DNA of 64,000 bases from an uncultured Gammaproteobacteria bacterium (GCA_965231095.1 OZ246416.1:536909-600908); one strand, 5' to 3'. Shown: positions 1-8,972, numbered from the stretch's first letter. A program made the numbers and translations. The notes: generated from the sequence alone by a model not told the origin.

Positions 1-534
1 AACGGCACGGAGACGTGCGCGACCTGCGCGCACGACTGCGGCAGCTGCGCCCCCTTCTGCGGAGACCACGTCTGCAACAGCGGCGAAAGCTGCTCGAGCT
101 GCGCGGCCGACTGCGGTTCCTGCTCGCCGACCTGCGGCGACGGCGCGTGCAACAGCACGGAAACGTGCTCGTCCTGCTCCCGCGACTGCGGCGCCTGCGG
201 AACGACCCGCCGATCCGTGATCATCGACTACACGGCTCCGGCCGGTTCCACCACGGTGACCTTCTACAGCTCGTGGACATCGTGGGACTACGATCTCGAC
301 CTGACCCCGTCCGGAGCGTCCGGACGTCTGTGGGTCTCCTACGACCTCGCGCCCGGAACCTACCGGTTCAACTTCAACTTCCTGTACATCAGTCCCTACT
401 GGGCCTGCACGCTCCCGACGCCGCCCTACCGCGTCGTCGGCTCGATGTCCGTGACGGTGGACGGGGTTCCGACCTCGACCACGCAGGTCACGAACTACCA
501 GGAGGGCTGCAACTTCGAGTTCGTGGTTCGGTAG
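1..534 (+). CDS. 5'-truncated CDS (frame 1). C-terminus of a Cys-rich repeat protein: three ~22-aa units of the form TCGDxxCNxxExCxxCxxDCGxC, followed by a beta-rich domain. High GC.
   Basis: Frame 1 translation from the window edge: NGTETCATCAHDCGSCAPFCGDHVCNSGESCSSCAADCGSCSPTCGDGACNSTETCSSCSRDCGAC...FVVR*. The track ORF 217..534 is the in-frame tail. The track ORF 15..560 is a different, Arg-rich spurious frame. Confidence 0.6.
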   Translation, partial: NGTETCATCAHDCGSCAPFCGDHVCNSGESCSSCAADCGSCSPTCGDGACNSTETCSSCSRDCGACGTTRRSVIIDYTAPAGSTTVTFYSSWTSWDYDLDLTPSGASGRLWVSYDLAPGTYRFNFNFLYISPYWACTLPTPPYRVVGSMSVTVDGVPTSTTQVTNYQEGCNFEFVVR

Positions 535-652
535 GACCAACCAACAACTTACCCGCCTAGCTCCTATGTTCTGACATTCGGTCGGAACAGAGACGGGTAA
601 GTCCAGTCACTTCCAGTTTGTCGCCTAGGGCGGCGACGAACTGCTCGTATAA

Positions 653-692
653 GGCCAGCTTTCCTTCACCGGATCGCTGGCCTTCTTTTTTT
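653..692 (+). terminator. Rho-independent terminator after the first CDS.
   Basis: ggccagc...gctggcc stem followed by a T9 run. Confidence 0.6.
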
Positions 693-955
693 ATTTATTT
701 CCCCGCGAGGACAGATTTAACGAATTACGGCCTGAGCCTGTCGAAGGCTAATTCAGTTTCACAAAATTTTTACCCCTTCGATAAACTCAGGGAATAAAAA
801 TTTAACTTTTCGGCAAATACATAACGCTTCGCCCGTGAACTAGTTCGCAAAATTGGAGCCGGGGTTTCTACCATTATTTTAATCTAAAAGTAATATTTTT
901 GTTCTAATCCCGTTTTAATCTTAACTGGCCAAAACCAGTCTTTTGTCACATAACC

Positions 956-989
956 TTGACAAAATCAATCTTTTGTTATAACCTATAAA
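956..989 (+). promoter_or_regulatory. Candidate sigma70 promoter (cTTGACAaaa, with an ambiguous -10) upstream of the kinase gene. Direct repeats tcttttgtYaYataacct lie nearby.
   Basis: TTGACA at 956-961. tataaa and ttataa candidates follow. A two-copy direct repeat lies at 941-983. Confidence 0.35.
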
Positions 990-1007
990 GTTAGTTCCTT
1001 AACAAAC

Positions 1008-1056
1008 CGCGTCCGAGGCTTGGATTGATTTATAAATAAATCCAAACTTCGGACGT
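1008..1056 (+). promoter_or_regulatory. Long imperfect hairpin in the 5' leader of the kinase gene.
   Basis: cgtccgaggcttggatt...aatccaaacttcggacg inverted repeat, with no following T-run. Confidence 0.35.
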
Positions 1057-1144
1057 GAAAAATAACCCTTGCTCAAAAGAGCGAGGTAAAATATAGGTAC
1101 CTGTTGAATTCCAAATTGATCGCCATCCGAGGAGGGAAACAAAG

Positions 1145-2917
1145 ATGGCAACCGACGAAACGATCGGCAAAGTCGACGAGATGATCGGCCGGGTCTTCGC
1201 CAACCACTGGGAAATTGTTGATGCCCTCGGCGAAGGCGGGGTTGGCAGCGTCTACCTCGCCAAACATCGGGCGATGGAAACCTACGCCGCGCTCAAGTTC
1301 TTGAGCCCGAAGCTTCGGGGCGACCCGGAGAGCATCGAACGCTTCAAGAGAGAAGTTGACGTCTTGAAGCGATGCGCCCACCCGAACATCGGGGTCGTCC
1401 ACGACTGCGACTTCACCGGGGAAAATCCTTTCATCGTCATGGAATTCCTTGAAGGACAAATCCTGAAGGAAGTCCTGGACGAAACCCCCAAACGGCGGCT
1501 ACACCCCCAACGCACCCGGCGAATCTTCGTTCAGATCCTGTCCGCGTTGGGTGCGGTACACGACCGTGGCGTGATCCACCGCGACCTGAAGCCGGAAAAC
1601 GTCTTCATTCTCCAACTCGGTGGCGGGCGAGGCAACAGGGATGTCGCGAAGCTGATCGACTTCGGGATCGGCAAGGTCTGTGCCAACGGCATGACGGCCC
1701 AACCCAACCTGACGCAAGTCGGACTAGTGGTGGGAACGCCGCTCTACATGTCGCCCGAACAATGCCGCGGCGAAAAAGATGTCGACGGCAGAACAGACCT
1801 CTACGCCGTCGGCGCCATGATCTACGAGTGCGTGACCGGCCAACTACTCTTCAACAAACCGACGCTTGCAGAAATCATGGTCGCTCACCTGAACGAACAT
1901 CCGGCGGCGCCGAAGATGCTCGATCCGTCGATTTCTTCGGAGCTGGAGGCGGTGATCTTCCGGGCGCTGGCAAAGGATCCTGGCAGACGCTTCCAAACGG
2001 CCGAGGAGATGAGCGAGGCACTCGAAGCCGCGATCCCGGAAGACCTGGCTTACTACCGCAACGACAGTCGCCGGGTTCCGACGGTAGCTAGCCGCGCCAT
2101 TGCAACTCCGCCGCGCATTCCGACTCCGGCCGACGACGATCAGCCAACCGCGGAACGACCTAAGCAACCACCCGACGTTTCCAAAACGCCAACAAGGTTG
2201 CTAAGCGGAAGGCGGCCGGCAGCCGGTCTCGCACATGCCAAAACCGTCACGCCCGCCGACCTGAAACGAGAAATGCGGAAAGCCAAGACGGCGGCGATGG
2301 TTCAGAGGATCGCCAAGATTGCCTGGACATGGATGGCGGCGATGGCCTGGAAAATCGCCACGCGCCTCGACCCCTGGCTCAGTAAGCCTCGGCCTCCGTA
2401 CGCGCGCTACTTGCACGCTTCTCTGATTTTCCTCATCGCCCTCACGCTCACCTTCATCCTTGTTCCTCCTATTGGAGGCGAATATGCCAACGCTTCCTCC
2501 GACACGGATGCTTCCACCACGACCGGCGACCAACCCGACGTTCACGTCCCGCGCGACGTGGTCGTGATCCGGGGACCGGTTCCGATGGCACCTCCATCTG
2601 AACACGACGCGGATGCGGTCGAGACCGAGGTCGACGCCGTCGCAACCGACGCGAGCGAAGAAGACGCGACAGAACCCGAGGCGATCGAAGCCGAAGGTGA
2701 AGCCGCCGATTCCCCGACTCCGTCGGACGACTACGCCGAGCGTCTGGCTGCCGCAGAACTCAAGGAGAAGGCCGGAGACGACTTACTTCTTGAGGGAAAG
2801 CTGCGGGAGGCGCTCGCGGCCTACCGGGAGTCACTTGATCTTTTGCCGGAAGGGGCGGAGAACGACAGAATCCTCCTCCAAAGCAAGATCAATCGGCTCG
2901 AACGACGGCTCAAGTGA
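1145..2917 (+). CDS. Hanks-type (eukaryotic-like) Ser/Thr protein kinase. C-terminal TM segment and acidic/TPR-like tail.
   Basis: Motifs VIHRDLKPENVF, DFGIGK and GTPLYMSPEQ. AGGAGG RBS. High GC (~62%). Confidence 0.9.
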   Translation: MATDETIGKVDEMIGRVFANHWEIVDALGEGGVGSVYLAKHRAMETYAALKFLSPKLRGDPESIERFKREVDVLKRCAHPNIGVVHDCDFTGENPFIVMEFLEGQILKEVLDETPKRRLHPQRTRRIFVQILSALGAVHDRGVIHRDLKPENVFILQLGGGRGNRDVAKLIDFGIGKVCANGMTAQPNLTQVGLVVGTPLYMSPEQCRGEKDVDGRTDLYAVGAMIYECVTGQLLFNKPTLAEIMVAHLNEHPAAPKMLDPSISSELEAVIFRALAKDPGRRFQTAEEMSEALEAAIPEDLAYYRNDSRRVPTVASRAIATPPRIPTPADDDQPTAERPKQPPDVSKTPTRLLSGRRPAAGLAHAKTVTPADLKREMRKAKTAAMVQRIAKIAWTWMAAMAWKIATRLDPWLSKPRPPYARYLHASLIFLIALTLTFILVPPIGGEYANASSDTDASTTTGDQPDVHVPRDVVVIRGPVPMAPPSEHDADAVETEVDAVATDASEEDATEPEAIEAEGEAADSPTPSDDYAERLAAAELKEKAGDDLLLEGKLREALAAYRESLDLLPEGAENDRILLQSKINRLERRLK

Positions 2918-2926
2918 GCTGACCTT

Positions 2927-2967
2927 GCGGCTACGAAGATGCCAAACATCTCGTAGCCGCTTTTTTT
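2927..2967 (+). terminator. Rho-independent terminator.
   Basis: gcggctacga...tcgtagccgc stem followed by T7. Confidence 0.7.
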
Positions 2968-2983
2968 ATTTTATCAAAGATAC

Positions 2984-3013
2984 TTGACAAATTTTTTATT
3001 TTATGGTTAGATA
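2984..3013 (+). promoter_or_regulatory. Candidate sigma70 promoter cTTGACAaa-N17-tggTTAGAT.
   Basis: -35 TTGACA at 2984-2989. Weak -10 candidates at 3007-3013, none a close match to TATAAT. GGAGG RBS at 3063. Confidence 0.35.
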
Positions 3014-3075
3014 AAGGGTGCTCAAGGTGAGCCGAGGGGGGGCAAGGGGCCTCTCTTTTTCAGAGGAGGAGTGTC

Positions 3076-3993
3076 ATGAAGCTCATGGTCGTGGTGGCAA
3101 CGGTTCTTTTCTCGGCCGGCAACGCGCTGGCTCAGCAGGGCTACTCTTTCCAGTCCGACACCCAGACCGCTCTGCCTACCGTCGAGGAATGCCTGGCAGA
3201 CCTGAACGAATGTCGCGAGAAGCTCGGCGCCGAGACCGGCGAGAGCATGGATCTCTTGCTCCGGCTCGCCGAGCGACTGGGGTTCGCTTCGGTCGACGAC
3301 ATGCTCACTTCCGACTGCCGAAGCCGACGAGGCACCTGGTCGAACGGCGAGTGCACCTGCACTTCGCCGAACTCCTGGTTCACGGAAGAGTCCCAGGAGT
3401 GCTGCGTGGACAACGCCCGCGCCTACAGCCGACGCCAGGAATCCTGCCGCGAATCGGGAGGCAACTGGTCCTGCCGCGGCGGCTGCCATTGTCCGCTCGG
3501 CACCCAGCTCCTGGATGGACGGTGTCAGGGAGATGCCGCGACGCGCGACGAGATCGACCGGATGCGCAACCGCATCCCCGAGCTCGAAGCCGATGTCGCG
3601 CGCGTCCAGGGAGAACTGGATGCGGCCCGCGAAGAAGGCGACGGCCAGGCCGACCAGATCAGTGATCTGGAAGGTCGGCTCGAGGCCGCCCAGAACGCGC
3701 TCGACGAATTACGAGATCTCCTGAGCCTTCGAGAACAGCAGCTGCGCGACGCTCTGGGAACCGTTCCGCCCGCTCCCCTTCCGGGAACCGCGGAAGCGAT
3801 CGCCGAAGTCGCCGGCGGAACTGCACCCGGACCGCTCGAGCCGACTCCTCCACCGGAAGCCGAAGAGGGCAACTGGTGCACCGAGAACGGGTGGGCATGT
3901 GCCGGTATCATTATCGGCGCACTGGCCGGACTAGGAGGACTCACGGTCGGAATCGTGGAGGCGACTCGCGACATCGAAGTCACACAACAGTAG
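3076..3993 (+). CDS. Secreted protein with a C-terminal TM anchor: signal peptide, Cys-rich module, long coiled coil.
   Basis: MKLMVVVATVLFSAGNALAQQ signal. Heptad-like DRMRNRIPELEADVARVQGELDAAREE... region. C-terminal WACAGIIIGALAGLGGLTVGIV. Confidence 0.6.
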   Translation: MKLMVVVATVLFSAGNALAQQGYSFQSDTQTALPTVEECLADLNECREKLGAETGESMDLLLRLAERLGFASVDDMLTSDCRSRRGTWSNGECTCTSPNSWFTEESQECCVDNARAYSRRQESCRESGGNWSCRGGCHCPLGTQLLDGRCQGDAATRDEIDRMRNRIPELEADVARVQGELDAAREEGDGQADQISDLEGRLEAAQNALDELRDLLSLREQQLRDALGTVPPAPLPGTAEAIAEVAGGTAPGPLEPTPPPEAEEGNWCTENGWACAGIIIGALAGLGGLTVGIVEATRDIEVTQQ

Positions 3994-4018
3994 CTCTGGG
4001 TTCCTCCCACCCGGAGCC

Positions 4019-4071
4019 AAGGCCGACGTTTTTGATGGCAGCAATGTCTCAAACGTCGGCCTTATTTTTTT
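4019..4071 (+). terminator. Rho-independent terminator.
   Basis: aaggccgacgttt...aaacgtcggcctt stem followed by T8. Confidence 0.7.
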
Positions 4072-4141
4072 ATGCCGCGAAAGAGTAAAAGACTGCAAAA
4101 ACGCAAAATTTGAAAAGAGGTTTTTGTCCCCTTCCACTCCC

Positions 4142-4170
4142 TTGACAAAACTTTAAAAATATGGTATATT
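4142..4170 (+). promoter_or_regulatory. Strong sigma70 promoter TTGACA-N17-TATATT with an extended -10 TG.
   Basis: cTTGACAaaactttaaaaataTGgTATATT. Confidence 0.55.
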
Positions 4171-4195
4171 TAACTGTTCTGAAATGGATGAAAAT

Positions 4196-4330
4196 AAACA
4201 AATTTGGATCCTAAAGTAGTTTGGTTTGATACCTGGGTTGCCTCCTCCTCAACCCCTTGGTTTTCAAATCAAACTACTCAAGGATCTGAAATATGGTCTA
4301 CGCAACCCGGGAAGGTCCCGGGTTGAAAAG
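4196..4330 (+). promoter_or_regulatory. Structured 5' UTR: a ~22-bp imperfect inverted repeat followed by a perfect 10-bp hairpin just before the RBS of the collagen-like gene.
   Basis: ggatcctaaagtagtttggtttga ... tcaaatcaaactactcaaggatc, then caacccgggaaggtcccgggttg. Confidence 0.4.
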
Positions 4331-4353
4331 TTTTAGATAGAAAGGGAAGGAAG

Positions 4354-5709
4354 ATGAGGGCGACTTACGTGGCGAACTTGAGAAAGGTAGCCATTGAAAG
4401 GCTACGACCCGACATCTCGGAAGATGTCATCAGGGGTGCGATCACCCCTCTGATCGACCCCGACGGAGAGGACAAAATTGAGAGGGTGGATCTCCGCCCC
4501 GGACCGCGTAGTGCCACGGCTTGGATCTGGTTTTACGAAAGAGAACCGGCGGCCACGGTGCTGAACGCGCTCGGGAACGACACTGACATGGCGTTCCCGG
4601 GTCTTTCCGTGGAAGGAGGAACGATCCGTGCCCACTACTACGGAGAGCGTCTGCCCTTCACTCAGGACGAACTCCTCGAAGCGCTCATCCGGCTCATGGT
4701 CGGCAATCCTTCCTTCAAGGGCCCACCGGGAGTTTCCCCCTCTCCCGCGGACGTAGCGGCGGCACTCTTGGCCGACCCGGCGTTCGTCGCGACGATTAGG
4801 GGCGAGAAGGGCGAGGACGGAACGGCCGGCACCAGAGGCGAGGACGGCGAAGACGGCACCGCGCCCACGGCAACGGAAGTCGCCTCAGCGCTCATGGCCA
4901 ACCCGGCGTTCATGGCGGCGCTCAAGGCCGACCCCGGAACGACCGGCACCAAAGTAGACAAGGGTGACGCTGGCGCCAAGGGCGATCCAGGAATTCCCGG
5001 TGCGAAGGGCGACCCGGGCACGGCCGGCGTTCCCGGCACCAAGGGCGATCCGGGAACTCCCGGCGTCAAGGGAGACAAGGGTGACGCTGGCGCCAAGGGC
5101 GATCCAGGAATTCCCGGTGCGAAGGGCGACCCGGGCACGGCCGGCGTTCCCGGCGCGAAGGGCGACCCGGGTGACCCGGGCAAATCGGCCCCAAAGGGGA
5201 GTTGGATCACGGCGCTTGCCGTGGCCATCATCGCCTTGATCGTCGTCGGCCTCCACGCCACGTGCGGAAAGTCCGCGCCGAGCCGCGAAGAAGTCGCGGC
5301 AACGCTCAAGGCCGATCCGTCCTTCGTGACGGCGACCAAGGGTGGAAACGGAAGGAAGGGCGAGGACGGCAAGTCGGCCGTTGCACCCACGGCGGCAGAA
5401 GTCGCGGCGGCTCTGAAGGCCGATGCGGAGTTTGCCAAGTCCGTGGCAGCAACCGCGAAACCGGCCGAACCGCCGGCTCCGATCCCCACTCCGCCGCCGG
5501 TCGCTGCGGCTCCGACGCCGGAACCGACGGCAACGACCGCTCCGGCACCGAGACGGCGCGAGACACCTCGACCGCCGAGCGCTCCTCACACGTTTGTGAA
5601 CCGCGAAGGGGAGTATGACATTACGTACGCCCTAGACGAGGCGACCGGTGCGCTCCGCGAGCTGCACCGGAGTGTGATTCGTCTTCGAGAAAGGAGGTCG
5701 CGCCAGTAG
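4354..5709 (+). CDS. Collagen-like triple-helix repeat protein (Gly-X-Y tracts) with a central TM helix and a Pro/Ala/Thr-rich tail.
   Basis: GDPGIPGAKGDPGTAGVPGTKGDPGTPGVKGDKGDAG... and WITALAVAIIALIVVGL. Perfect 81-bp direct repeat at 4957-5037 and 5074-5154. Confidence 0.75.
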   Translation: MRATYVANLRKVAIERLRPDISEDVIRGAITPLIDPDGEDKIERVDLRPGPRSATAWIWFYEREPAATVLNALGNDTDMAFPGLSVEGGTIRAHYYGERLPFTQDELLEALIRLMVGNPSFKGPPGVSPSPADVAAALLADPAFVATIRGEKGEDGTAGTRGEDGEDGTAPTATEVASALMANPAFMAALKADPGTTGTKVDKGDAGAKGDPGIPGAKGDPGTAGVPGTKGDPGTPGVKGDKGDAGAKGDPGIPGAKGDPGTAGVPGAKGDPGDPGKSAPKGSWITALAVAIIALIVVGLHATCGKSAPSREEVAATLKADPSFVTATKGGNGRKGEDGKSAVAPTAAEVAAALKADAEFAKSVAATAKPAEPPAPIPTPPPVAAAPTPEPTATTAPAPRRRETPRPPSAPHTFVNREGEYDITYALDEATGALRELHRSVIRLRERRSRQ

Positions 5710-5714
5710 GCGCA

Positions 5715-5763
5715 GGGCGGACGATGCAAGGTGAAAACCAAGCATCGTCCGCCCGTTTTTTTT
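5715..5763 (+). terminator. Rho-independent terminator.
   Basis: gggcggacgatgc...gcatcgtccgccc stem followed by T9. Confidence 0.7.
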
Positions 5764-5839
5764 ACTAAAAAACAGGCTACATGCCCGTCTTATTTTTAAC
5801 CTTATAAACTTTAGAGCTTTTTAACTTTAAAACTAAACC

Positions 5840-6208
5840 TTACACCCCCAACTCCTTTTTTAATTTTTCATAACTATTTTTTGCTTTTTCAAATTCTTCT
5901 TCCACCGCCGCCCGGCTTCCACCTTTTAAAAATCCCAAAAACCTATTCAACAGACCATTATATTCTTTTAAATTTTTTTCTGCTCGGGCCAACCTGTATT
6001 TTTCAAATTCCAATTTTGCTTTTTGTTCGTCAGTTAAAATTGAAACTTTTGATGTCGCGGCCGCTCTCTCCCCCAACGGCTTAATGCCCGCCGCGGCTAG
6101 CCGCTCTTCCACGGCTTTAATCAATCTGCTTGAAACCTGGTCTAAAAAAATTTTAACGCTCGGATCGCGGATAACGGTTTGGGCGGTTTGTAAAATTTGG
6201 TCGGCCAT
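5840..6208 (-). CDS. Hypothetical protein (122 aa), co-directional with and downstream of the 907-aa DHH-domain gene.
   Basis: ORF with host-like low GC. No motif recognised. Confidence 0.4.
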   Translation of the reverse strand: MADQILQTAQTVIRDPSVKIFLDQVSSRLIKAVEERLAAAGIKPLGERAAATSKVSILTDEQKAKLEFEKYRLARAEKNLKEYNGLLNRFLGFLKGGSRAAVEEEFEKAKNSYEKLKKELGV

Positions 6209-6220
6209 AAAAAATTTAAT

Positions 6221-8944
6221 TTATAGTCCGTATTTTTTTCTCAATTCTTTTTTGGCATTCTCTACCTGCGATCTAATTTGCTCTCTCGCAAACTTTTCCC
6301 GCGCTTCAGGAGTCCATTTTCCGTAAAACGAACTATTCTTAAGTTTCTCTAAAAATTCACGCAACAATCTTTTTTCCTCTACTCTTACTGCCTCATCATA
6401 TATTTTCTTTCTCTCTTCCTCCAACAACTCTAATTTTCCCGCGGCCAGTTCCGCCGGCTTCGAAACTTTTACTTCTGGTTTTTCTGGTTCTTTTTTAACT
6501 TCCACTTTTTGTTCGACGGGTTTTCCCTCAGCCTTTACCGATTCTTTTTTAACTTCAACTTTTTTTGGAAAAATTATTTCATCCGATTCAAAACGGCCAA
6601 CATAAAATTCCGGAACACCATACAATCTTTCTTGCTCGTCGTCCGCTTCTTCGGGTCTTGGTGAAGCCAATCTGATATAGGCCTCTTGCCCGGATTTAAA
6701 ATTTTTCGGTATATCCCTGTCAAAAATTATAACTTTTGTTCCGTCGGGCGCGTTTGTCCACCACCATCCTTCCGGCGACTGGCTGACAATCGCCCTGATT
6801 CTCCTTGGCTCTACTTCCAAAAATTTATCCAACCCGGAATCTTTTTCCGGTTCAAACTCCGGGACCACGCGGCCAATCAAATCCCCCAAAGTGACAGTTA
6901 ATTTTTCTCCCCCAGCCAATTTTATAAAAACACTGCCACGCACCAATTTTCCCTGAGGCAATCCGGCAAAAGTTTTTTTATCAAACGTTCCGTTGTTTAA
7001 AGCAATAAAGAAATTGTGGTTTTCCGGCGTATAACGAATCACCCCGTCAAAACCAATGCTTGCCGCGGCCCACTGCCCCTCGCCGCCAATTTTATTTTGT
7101 GTATCCACCAAAAATCTTTTTCCCTCTTCGGTTTCTACAACCCACTTCTCTTGTTCCAGCTCCCGAACAATCTCTAAGGTTTTTTTAATCTCCTTGTTCC
7201 GCGTCTCAGTGTGATCTACCATTTCTCCATCTTTCTTTTTATATTTCAGCCCAAATTTTCTTAGATCGGACTCGGTCAACACGTCTGTTATTTCTCTTCC
7301 CGAATCAGCAAAACGCAAAAGCGTATCCAGCGTCAGATGAGGCGCTTTCAAAAATCCAACCATTCTTAAATCAGAAGTTCCAAAGACGGTCATCTCTCGC
7401 AACTTTTCCGATTCAGTATTAGTTAATCTATCTTTCGGTTTGTTGTAATTCCAGCGAGACAATAAATCTACCTCGCTTTCGGAAACTTTGTCCGCTAAGC
7501 GGGGCATATCAAAATTATCCGACTGCGTCACCCATTCCACGACTTTTTCGTAATTTTTCTTTTCCCTCTCATCTTTAAATTTCAATAATCCCAATTTAGT
7601 AAAAACTTCATAAATAACTTTAGTGGCCGAAGTTCCACCGTCCGAATGCGGCCCGTGATGGTCAAAAACCGCGGAGACTTCTTTCTTTCGCTCACCGGTT
7701 TTAGGATCAACGGTTTCCGCTGATTCCACTGCCATGCCATCCGAATTTCCCGAATCAACCGTGGCTTGGCCCTGCCTTATTTCTCCCGGAGTAAGATACC
7801 CGGCGATTTTTTTTAAATTTAATCCTCTGTTAAAAAGCGCGACAGCGCATTTGCCGTCCAGATCGGAATATCTCTTCAAAACTATCTGGCCGGTTTTTTT
7901 ATCAACTCCCGTCACGCCATGCGTAAACAATTCCCGTACTGCTAAAAACTTCTTGGCTTCTTGGGTAATTAATTCCCGCTCCGCTTTTTCTCTGTCGCCT
8001 CCAAGTTCTTGAATTTTCTTCTCATAATCAACGCGGCTCACCGCATCCAACATCGCACCTTTAAAAATTTCAATCTGGTCGTCCAACATTTCTTCAAAAA
8101 GCGTTCTCCCTTCTTCGATCGGAATATCTTTAATCAATTCCTCGCGCACGCCCAAACTGCGCATAAACATTTCTTCAATTTCTTCACGGCTGAATTTGTC
8201 CTCACCCTTTTCTGGTTTTTTTTCTGATTTTATTTCACCTAAAAGTTTTTCATGCGCCCGCTTTGCTTCCTCGGGAAAATCCACAAAAAATCTTTCAAGA
8301 TCGTCTTCGTCAATCAAACCCGTTGCATATTGTCGCAAAAGCGCCCTGTACCATTCGTCCGCTGACCACTCTGCCATCCCTTCGACTCTCGGGATTGTTC
8401 CGGCAACGCCCAACTTAACCCGTTCGACTAGAGATGGCCTTCTTAACCCTTTATCGGTCAACCCGTGCGCCGTGGTAAAGGCTTTTATTGTTTCAACGCC
8501 CCTGCGTTGTTTATTTTTTGCCAGCCGTTCTTTAAATGATAATTTCCGAGTAGCGTCTTCGCTAAATTCGCCGATTTCATCTTCAATTTCTCCAGAGTCT
8601 ATGGCGTCGGCCAATTTCCTGTAGGCTTCACGCTCTTCTTCGGGAGGAAAATTCTCTAAATAACTTTTAACGTCTTCCGCGGTTGTAGACCCCGCATTAT
8701 ACGCGCTCCGTAAATCTGAATAAAGCGCAGCCTCTTTGGCCCGCTTTTCTTTTATCTCTTCTCTCTTGCGTTGTTTTTCCAAACCACGACTAACCTTTTG
8801 TACTTGTTCTTTCCAACTCTTCTCTTCTGTCTGCCCGGCGCGTTCAACTTTCTCTTCTCTTCGCAATCTTCTCCTCTCCAAATCCAAATCAACCAGCGCA
8901 CCGTGCTCAACTCTTTTTCCTGTGCTTGGGCTGTTACTTTTCAT
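6221..8944 (-). CDS. Large (907 aa) protein with a central DHH phosphoesterase-like domain and Lys/Glu-rich N- and C-terminal extensions.
   Basis: Motif I YSDLDGKCAVALF, motif VDSGNSDG, motif III FDHHGPHSDGG. No close named family otherwise. Confidence 0.45.
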   Translation of the reverse strand: MKSNSPSTGKRVEHGALVDLDLERRRLRREEKVERAGQTEEKSWKEQVQKVSRGLEKQRKREEIKEKRAKEAALYSDLRSAYNAGSTTAEDVKSYLENFPPEEEREAYRKLADAIDSGEIEDEIGEFSEDATRKLSFKERLAKNKQRRGVETIKAFTTAHGLTDKGLRRPSLVERVKLGVAGTIPRVEGMAEWSADEWYRALLRQYATGLIDEDDLERFFVDFPEEAKRAHEKLLGEIKSEKKPEKGEDKFSREEIEEMFMRSLGVREELIKDIPIEEGRTLFEEMLDDQIEIFKGAMLDAVSRVDYEKKIQELGGDREKAERELITQEAKKFLAVRELFTHGVTGVDKKTGQIVLKRYSDLDGKCAVALFNRGLNLKKIAGYLTPGEIRQGQATVDSGNSDGMAVESAETVDPKTGERKKEVSAVFDHHGPHSDGGTSATKVIYEVFTKLGLLKFKDEREKKNYEKVVEWVTQSDNFDMPRLADKVSESEVDLLSRWNYNKPKDRLTNTESEKLREMTVFGTSDLRMVGFLKAPHLTLDTLLRFADSGREITDVLTESDLRKFGLKYKKKDGEMVDHTETRNKEIKKTLEIVRELEQEKWVVETEEGKRFLVDTQNKIGGEGQWAAASIGFDGVIRYTPENHNFFIALNNGTFDKKTFAGLPQGKLVRGSVFIKLAGGEKLTVTLGDLIGRVVPEFEPEKDSGLDKFLEVEPRRIRAIVSQSPEGWWWTNAPDGTKVIIFDRDIPKNFKSGQEAYIRLASPRPEEADDEQERLYGVPEFYVGRFESDEIIFPKKVEVKKESVKAEGKPVEQKVEVKKEPEKPEVKVSKPAELAAGKLELLEEERKKIYDEAVRVEEKRLLREFLEKLKNSSFYGKWTPEAREKFAREQIRSQVENAKKELRKKYGL

Positions 8945-8947
8945 AAG

Positions 8948-8972
8948 ATTTATGGCGGGTCCGAAGGGATTT
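8948..8972 (-). other. Duplicated 3' fragment of tRNA-Asp (T-loop 3' part, acceptor 3' strand and discriminator) with CCA added. Possible att-site remnant or pseudo-tRNA.
   Basis: 20 nt identical to the 3' end of tRNA-Asp at 9083-9103 (cgggtccgaagggatttgaa), preceded by tgg (CCA on the minus strand). No matching 5' half found. Confidence 0.45.

Noticed and set aside
15-560. 181-aa Arg-rich + strand ORF listed in the track.
   Set aside because: It is an alternative frame of a high-GC segment. Frame 1 gives a coherent Cys-repeat protein ending at 534, and the 15..560 translation is low-complexity Arg/Leu sequence typical of off-frame GC-rich DNA.
4662-5589. Long minus-strand ORFs (275 and 234 aa) antisense to the collagen-like gene.
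   Set aside because: They are artefacts of GC-rich repetitive Gly-X-Y coding sequence. The sense gene has an RBS, promoter and terminator.
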